Shown piece after piece: positions 58,264 to 64,000 of a stretch of DNA of 64,000 nt; positions within the stretch are counted from its first letter, which is position 1; every line of letters starts with the position of its first letter. The stretch spans positions 85,550 through 149,549 of the forward strand of contig CAYOEG010000001.1 of the NCBI GenBank assembly GCA_964403155.1, read 5' to 3'. The DNA is from an uncultured Candidatus Saccharibacteria bacterium. GTDB taxonomy: Bacteria; Patescibacteriota; Dojkabacteria; SC72. Under the pieces are notes generated by a model that was given only the letters and a program-made list of their open reading frames with translations, did not search any database and had not been told where the DNA came from. A program made the position numbers and the translations under genes.

Positions 58264-59683
58264 ATTTGGTACCTTCTGGTGTATCCATTACTTTGTAACC
58301 CATATCTTCGATCATTTTTCTGTAGTTATCTGCTTGAGCATAGTCCTTGTTAGCCCTAGCTTCATCTCTTTTCTTAGCATATTCTTCCACTTGGGTATCT
58401 AGATTAACCTCTTCTTTCTTCACCATATTCAATTCCAATCCTAATACTTTGTCGAAATCCAATATGGTAGCCAAGATATCTTCTCGGGAATTATTAGATT
58501 TTAGCAACTCATTTACAATGGCCATTACTTCAGACATATTAAGATTGTTGTTTAATGCATTTTTAAATCTTTCTACATATCCAGAAAGCAAATCACCTTT
58601 AATATCTCCTAATTCAGCTACCCGTTTGTTTATATTTAACCTAGCATTCCTAGCCCCATCTAGAGCCTCTGTAGAGAACTGTAGCTTTGTATGGTAGTTA
58701 GTAGATGCAAAGAGGTATCGAAGATCCAATGGATCATATCCTTGACTTACAACACCTGGTAGGTCATCTGCATTGCCTGCGCTTTTTGCTAATTTTTCGT
58801 CATCTTTTGTAACCACCCACTCATTATGTATCCAATACTTAACAACAGGTTGTCCAAAAGCACCAATATTCTGTGCTCTTTCGTTAGGATGATGTACAGG
58901 CACATGATCAATACCACCTGTATGGATATCAAATTGTTCTCCTAATGCTTTGGTACCCATTGCAGAACATTCAATATGCCATCCTGGGAAACCTACACCC
59001 CATGGTGATTCCCAATGCATCTCATGATCAGCATACTTACCTACTCGCTTCATCCAGAGTACAAAATCTGCAGGATGTTTTTTGTTAGGATCTACTCCAA
59101 CCTCTTCCCTTACTCCTACTTCTTTGTCCTCAAGTTTTTGTCCTGTGAATATGGTGTAATCAGGTATTTTGTTTACATCAAAATATACTGCTTGTTCAGT
59201 TTCGTATGTATATCCATTTTTCTCTATCATCTGTACAAGCTCTATCATCCTATCAATGTTGTTTGTAGCCCTCATCCATCCGTAGTTTTCAACATTTTTG
59301 TAATCCATATCTGCAGGAATCACTTGTCCGTCTGGTGCAAGTATATTTAGTGCCTTGAAATCTTCTAATACTGTATCTATATATTTATTTGCTACATCTA
59401 TTGCCGTTATACCTTCCTTCTCTGCTTCTCTATCCATTTTATCTTCTCCGAAGTCTTCATCGTGGCTCATGTGTCCTACATCTGTGAAGTTCATCACTCG
59501 TTTGACGTCATAGCCTAGATATACCAATGCTCTGTGGAGGATATCCCAGTTTATATATGCACGTATGTTTCCTATATGCATTCTGTAATATACTGTTGGT
59601 CCACAACTATATATGGAGATTTGGTTTTGTTTTATGGGTTGTATTTCTACAATTCCTCTGTCTAGGGTTGAGTATAATTTCAT
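58250..59683 (-). CDS. cysS: Cysteine--tRNA ligase
   Basis: YSCGPTVYYRMHIGN (HIGH-type) plus KMSKS-like KLAKS. Class I CysRS layout. Confidence 0.95.
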   Translation of the reverse strand: MKLYSTLDRGIVEIQPIKQNQISIYSCGPTVYYRMHIGNIRAYINWDILHRALVYLGYDVKRVMNFTDVGHMSHDEDFGEDKMDREAEKEGITAIDVANKYIDTVLEDFKALNILAPDGQVIPADMDYKNVENYGWMRATNNIDRMIELVQMIEKNGYTYETEQAVYFDVNKIPDYTIFTGQKLEDKEVGVREEVGVDPNKKHPADFVLWMKRVGKYADHEMHWESPWGVGFPGWHIECSAMGTKALGEQFDIHTGGIDHVPVHHPNERAQNIGAFGQPVVKYWIHNEWVVTKDDEKLAKSAGNADDLPGVVSQGYDPLDLRYLFASTNYHTKLQFSTEALDGARNARLNINKRVAELGDIKGDLLSGYVERFKNALNNNLNMSEVMAIVNELLKSNNSREDILATILDFDKVLGLELNMVKKEEVNLDTQVEEYAKKRDEARANKDYAQADNYRKMIEDMGYKVMDTPEGTKYAKY

Positions 59684-59778
59684 GATTATTGATTATATCA
59701 GATTCGATAAATTATAGAGGTAACTATCCTAATCTGTTCATTATATCCCAACTATATTAAAGGCTGTATAATCTGAAT

Positions 59779-60234
59779 ATGGTTACCATACAAGAAGCAA
59801 ATATAGCTCAAGCTGAAGAGATTGCAGATGTTGTAAGACAATCTGTTCTTTTTGAACATCCAAAAGTATATCCAGAAGACAAGATACAGAATGTATTAAG
59901 TATATATACTCCTGAAAAGATTGAAGGATATATTAATGATGGGAAATATTATGTAGCTATGGAAGATAATAAGGTTGTCGGTTGTGTATTTACCGGTAAG
60001 GAGAGTGAGATGGACTCTTTGTATGTACTACCAGAATATATGAGGAAAGGTATTGGATCTATGTTAGCTGAGAAGGCAGAACAACGTATAAAGGAATTGG
60101 GGTATGATCATGTTTGGATATGGGCCAGTTTGTTAGCTGTAGATTTTTACAAGTCTAGAGGATATGTTCAAGAATCTGATATTACAGACAAGAATGGAAA
60201 TACTTGGTACTTAGGGATGAGAAAGAGGTTTTAG
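59779..60234 (+). CDS. GNAT-family N-acetyltransferase
   Basis: RKGIGSMLAEKAEQRIKELGY is motif A. Confidence 0.7.
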   Translation: MVTIQEANIAQAEEIADVVRQSVLFEHPKVYPEDKIQNVLSIYTPEKIEGYINDGKYYVAMEDNKVVGCVFTGKESEMDSLYVLPEYMRKGIGSMLAEKAEQRIKELGYDHVWIWASLLAVDFYKSRGYVQESDITDKNGNTWYLGMRKRF

Positions 60235-60333
60235 AAAATAGTTTTCAAATATATCTCTTAAATACAGATATGCAATTCACTCGTGTGCCAGGTTGTCTTT
60301 TGGACAAGAAGGCACACGAGGTGCAGAGGGAGC

Positions 60334-60789
60334 TTACGCAGGTATTTTCAAAAGTTTTGGGATAGGAAAAATTGAATGGAGAAATGCTATTACAAGGGTA
60401 ATACACCCAAGTGTACAGGAAATCAATAGAAGAAAATTCCTGAGAATAAACATTCCCCACCAACCAGTGTACCCGGCTACCGTTTCAGACAATGTGCCTA
60501 AAATCAAAGCTGCCATTGGTAAAAAACCAAGGATAGCAAAGAATATCTTGTAACCTTTTTTCTTGACCCAAGACATTTGGCACACGCCCCAATACAAAGC
60601 CCCGAGGAGAAGTATAGATATTAACCAACCCTCGTTGGCCCTATATAAAGGCCAGGACAGCAGGAGACAAACCCAAACAAACAAAATCTTTTTACCTTTT
60701 TCCATCATTTCCTCCATTTGTATTCGACCACCAAGACGGTGTGCGATATACATAACATCAAATATATTGATATCAAATAAATCGCACAC
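60334..60789 (-). CDS. Small membrane protein, hypothetical (GC-richer)
   Basis: 4 predicted TM helices. Overlapping opposite-strand ORFs are judged spurious. Confidence 0.35.
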   Translation of the reverse strand: MCDLFDINIFDVMYIAHRLGGRIQMEEMMEKGKKILFVWVCLLLSWPLYRANEGWLISILLLGALYWGVCQMSWVKKKGYKIFFAILGFLPMAALILGTLSETVAGYTGWWGMFILRNFLLLISCTLGCITLVIAFLHSIFPIPKLLKIPA

Positions 60790-60944
60790 ATCCGTGGGAA
60801 TATTCTGAAGTGAGTATTAAATAACTTAGTATCTAATACAATTCCCTCTGCATTTAAGAAATATATTTTTAAAGAGCAGCTTTAAATATATAACTGCTCC
60901 ATTATACAATTTTTAAGAAGAAATTTCAACACTATAGGGTTGGG

Positions 60945-61568
60945 TTAGATACCTCTTCTCCCCTCCAAAGCTCTCTTTAACGTCAATCTATCAGCATATT
61001 CCAAGTCAGCACCAGTAGGTAACCCCATTGCTAACCTAGTAATCTTAACCTTACCTTCCTTAAACTCATCCTTAAACAAATCAATAACATAACTAGCAGT
61101 AGCCTCTCCCTCAAGACTTGGGTTGGTAGCAATAATAATCTCAAGAACATCCGTACCCTTAAGTAGTTCATCTACCCTACCCTTCAATTCCTTAAACCTA
61201 ATCTCATCCTCACCAATACCCTCCGCAGGAGATATAACGCCACCGAGAACAAAGTAAAGACCATCATAGATACCAGAATTCTCGAAAGCTACAACATCCA
61301 AAGGTTCCTCTACCACACAAAGCTTCTCCTGCTTTCTTAACTTACTAGAACAAATATCACATACATCCTTGTCTGAAACATTAAAACACTTAGTACAACT
61401 CTTCACCTCCTTATCCATCTCCAACAAAGCATTAGCTAATTTAGTAGCATCTAACCTAGAAGAACGAAGATAGTGGTAAGTCATACGAGAAGCAGATTTA
61501 GGACCAACACCCGGTAATCTACTAAATTCATTAATTACATTTTCAACAGACTTGGGAAGTACAGACAT
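60945..61568 (-). CDS. recR: Recombination protein RecR
   Basis: HhH LPGVGPKSA. C4 zinc finger CTKCFNVSDKDVCDIC. Toprim domain. Confidence 0.95.
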   Translation of the reverse strand: MSVLPKSVENVINEFSRLPGVGPKSASRMTYHYLRSSRLDATKLANALLEMDKEVKSCTKCFNVSDKDVCDICSSKLRKQEKLCVVEEPLDVVAFENSGIYDGLYFVLGGVISPAEGIGEDEIRFKELKGRVDELLKGTDVLEIIIATNPSLEGEATASYVIDLFKDEFKEGKVKITRLAMGLPTGADLEYADRLTLKRALEGRRGI

Positions 61569-61570
61569 AG

Positions 61571-61864
61571 TTATTTACCTAAAAGTCTCTTAATATCATC
61601 CATATTAATATCCTGTTGCATATCCTTCTGAAGCTTCTTCTGATAGTCTTTGAAAGCTTCTTTAAAACCATTTCTAACAGCCTCTGCCATATCAGGATCT
61701 AAATACTGCTCATCAATATATACATCCTCTAATTCCTGAGCACCATTCATGAAAATTATCACCATACCATTTTTAGACTCGCCTTTTATCTTTCTCTCCC
61801 TCATCTTGGCCTGCATCTTCTTGGCCTCACTCTGCATCTTAAGCAACTCAACTGGATTAATCAT
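61571..61864 (-). CDS. ybaB: Nucleoid-associated protein YbaB/EbfC
   Basis: 97 aa, with its conserved position between dnaX and recR. Confidence 0.9.
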   Translation of the reverse strand: MINPVELLKMQSEAKKMQAKMRERKIKGESKNGMVIIFMNGAQELEDVYIDEQYLDPDMAEAVRNGFKEAFKDYQKKLQKDMQQDINMDDIKRLLGK

Positions 61865-61908
61865 TGTAAAAAGAATAACAAGTAAATATGGATATTATAT
61901 CTTTAAAA

Positions 61909-63513
61909 CTACATACCTTCAAATATTGCCTCTATTTCTGCAGTATCTTTCCTACTCTTAGAAAAACTCCTCTTCTCAACAGGAGCCGCTTCCTTTGGTT
62001 TCTCTTCTTTCTTAGGCGGTTGTGGAAGGTTTCTTAAAACAAACTCTGCATCAGATTTCTTCTTCATCTGATCATTAATATTGCAAACAATCTTACATGA
62101 ACACCCAAAAACTTTTCTAAACACATTAGAAACAATCTCACGACTCTTAGGAATCTCGATCCTTTCCTTGTGGAATGAGAACGGCACATCTATCGTAAGC
62201 ACTCCCTCACTAAAACCAGTGATATTCGCATTCTCAAGGAATGCGTAGAGGTGGTTATTAAATGGCCTTACTTCATTAACAAATGCTTCCCATCGCTTCT
62301 TAATATCATCCACGGATATCTCCTCATCACTAATATCATCCTCTTCCTCTTCAGAATCCTCTGCAACCTCACTTGGGAGAGGTTCTTCCGCTGGAGCAAT
62401 CTTTTTCTTAACATCAGTATTAACAATCTTCACCTCTTCTTTCTCAACAGGAATATCCTTCATCATCTCCGGGATTATCATCTCTAAAACTAAGGCCTGA
62501 TTACTCGCATATTTAATCTTGTTCTCAGCCTCTAAAAATAGATTTATAACTCGATGTATCATCCTAATATCCCAGCTACTAAAATCTTCCAATTCTTTTG
62601 TAAATTTGCCTTTGATCTTCCCCACCAATATCTCTCTTAAGATCATTAATGAATAGCTAGTGAATTGCTGTAGATTAACACCCTTTTGTTCTAACCCTTC
62701 TACAATTTCGAGGCATTTCTTTCCGTCACCTTTCTCTAAGTTCTTCAACAGTACCACCACTTTATCAAAATCTGGCAATCCCAATATCTTCCTTACCTCT
62801 TCGTCCGTTATCTCCTTCTTGCCTTTGTCTTGCCCACTGTAAACTACATCTAGCAATGAAAGTGCATCTCTGTAGCTACCCTTAGCATTCTGAACTAACA
62901 ACGCCATAGCTTTGTCATCAATTTTAATCTCTTCCTTCCTAGCCACATCTGAAAGTACATTCTTTATCTCATCATCTGTACCTAATCGGAAGTCATATCT
63001 CTGACATCTAGAAAGAATCGTAGGTGGGAGCTTATGCACATCTGTAGTAGCCAATATGAATATGACGTGGGCAGGAGGTTCTTCAAGCGTCTTTAAAAGC
63101 GCGTTGAAAGCCTCTGTGGTAAGCATATGCACCTCATCGATGATATATACCTTGTACTTACCCTCTGATGGAGAAAACTCTATCTTCTCCTTCAACTCCC
63201 TAATCTGGTCTATACCACGATTGGAAGCCGCATCTATCTCTATCAAATCAAGCAATGACCCATTGGAGATAGCTTTACACACCTCACACTTATTACATGG
63301 ATTTCCATCTTCCTTAGGCTGGAGGCAGTTAACAGCCTTAGAAAGTATCCTAGCCGTACTTGTTTTACCCGTTCCTCGAGATCCAACGAATAGATATGCC
63401 TGTGCAATTTGCCCTGTCTTTACCGCATTTTTCAAAAGCTTTGTAATATGATCCTGCCCTATTAACTGGTCAAAATCTTGTGCTCGATATTTTCGGTATA
63501 GTACGGATGGCAT
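61909..63513 (-). CDS. dnaX: DNA polymerase III subunit gamma/tau
   Basis: Walker A GSRGTGKTS. Zinc module CNKCEVC. Sensor motifs. Confidence 0.9.
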   Translation of the reverse strand: MPSVLYRKYRAQDFDQLIGQDHITKLLKNAVKTGQIAQAYLFVGSRGTGKTSTARILSKAVNCLQPKEDGNPCNKCEVCKAISNGSLLDLIEIDAASNRGIDQIRELKEKIEFSPSEGKYKVYIIDEVHMLTTEAFNALLKTLEEPPAHVIFILATTDVHKLPPTILSRCQRYDFRLGTDDEIKNVLSDVARKEEIKIDDKAMALLVQNAKGSYRDALSLLDVVYSGQDKGKKEITDEEVRKILGLPDFDKVVVLLKNLEKGDGKKCLEIVEGLEQKGVNLQQFTSYSLMILREILVGKIKGKFTKELEDFSSWDIRMIHRVINLFLEAENKIKYASNQALVLEMIIPEMMKDIPVEKEEVKIVNTDVKKKIAPAEEPLPSEVAEDSEEEEDDISDEEISVDDIKKRWEAFVNEVRPFNNHLYAFLENANITGFSEGVLTIDVPFSFHKERIEIPKSREIVSNVFRKVFGCSCKIVCNINDQMKKKSDAEFVLRNLPQPPKKEEKPKEAAPVEKRSFSKSRKDTAEIEAIFEGM

Positions 63514-63598
63514 GTATACATACTAGATGAAAAGTAGATATTTTAACAAGTGAAATTTTTGTATTCATGAAGAAATTAAGTCCCAAAAAGACAAATTT

Positions 63599-64000
63599 CT
63601 ATATCTTTTTTCGTCTTAATTCGTCTACTGCGTCCTGTAGCATTTCTGTATACAATCCATAACCAACTGAGTTTATTGCCCCGGATTGATTGCTTCCCAA
63701 TATATCTCCCGACCCTCTTATTTCCAAATCCCTATTAGACAAAAGGAATCCCGAGCCCAAAGATTGAGAATCTTTCAGTGCAAGAAGCCTCTCTTGGGCA
63801 TTTCCTTGGAGGGTATCATAGAAGAAATAGGCATATGCCTGTTCTAACGATCTCCCAATCCTCCCCCTGATCTGGTACATCTGTGAGAGCCCAAGTTTAG
63901 TAGCATCATCGACAATTAGTGTGTTAGCATTAGGAATATCGAGACCATTCTCTATGATTGTTGTACAAATTAATATATCAATCTTTTTATCTACAAAGTC
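63599..64000 (-). CDS. mfd: Transcription-repair coupling factor Mfd, 3' portion (the gene continues beyond the window end)
   Basis: Helicase motif VI MYQIRGRIGRS and the TRCF-domain C-terminus LEIRGSGDILGSNQSGAINSVGYGLYTEML. The reading frame stays open to position 64000. Confidence 0.8.
   Translation of the reverse strand, partial: DFVDKKIDILICTTIIENGLDIPNANTLIVDDATKLGLSQMYQIRGRIGRSLEQAYAYFFYDTLQGNAQERLLALKDSQSLGSGFLLSNRDLEIRGSGDILGSNQSGAINSVGYGLYTEMLQDAVDELRRKKI

Noticed and set aside
60245-60553. Two short ORFs (60245-60463 minus, 60293-60553 plus) overlapping the 60334-60789 membrane-protein ORF
   Set aside because: They are mutually exclusive with the longer, hydrophobic minus-strand ORF. 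No motifs are present, and even the membrane protein call is low confidence.

Overview
This 64-kb window is low-GC (roughly one third G+C by eye), gene-dense bacterial chromosome, and about 85% of the genes lie on the minus strand. Most of it is conserved housekeeping in recognisable operons: ruvC-ruvA-ruvB, rpsF-ssb-rpsR, prfA-prmC, dnaX-ybaB-recR, plus dnaB, cysS, ychF, yebC, rluD, cca, rpmE, RNase HIII, htrA/ctpA proteases and the 3' part of mfd. There are two tRNAs, tRNA-Leu(CAA) and tRNA-Ser(UGA). Several features suggest a Patescibacteria/CPR-like or similarly reduced Gram-positive-type organism, though this is inference only. They are an AMP phosphorylase + ribose-1,5-bisphosphate isomerase pair (archaeal/CPR-type nucleotide salvage), an LPXTG sortase substrate, an LCP (LytR_C) protein, GT-C-like and GT2 glycosyltransferases, an RNase J-like beta-CASP nuclease and a transglutaminase-like surface protein. 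Stop codons appear standard (TAA/TAG/TGA are all used, RF1 is present). Accessory or unusual content is concentrated in five places. (1) 2.9-6.3 kb holds a XerC/D-family tyrosine recombinase next to two hypothetical genes, one very proline-rich, that share an identical promoter-proximal 13-mer. (2) 44.3-47.6 kb holds two GC-richer small membrane-protein genes, each preceded by a near-identical terminator/promoter module, and an RGG-rich double zinc-ribbon protein. (3) 47.6-50.9 kb holds a NUDIX/cupin/histidine-phosphatase/ParB-like cluster that ends in a candidate toxin-antitoxin pair whose antitoxin combines an HTH-XRE with a Panacea (DUF4065)-like domain. (4) 53.1-57.4 kb holds four consecutive secreted or surface-anchored proteins placed divergently from an orphan ABC ATPase. 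(5) 10.9-13.5 kb holds an orphan membrane-anchored VirD4/TraG/HerA-type P-loop ATPase. A 20-bp perfect palindrome GGGCAGACCTAGGTCTGCCC recurs three times, each at the 3' end of a minus-strand transcription unit. No CRISPR array, rRNA or clear prophage was seen. Coordinates of features not on the ORF track (tRNAs, repeats) are counted by hand and may be off by 1-3 nt.
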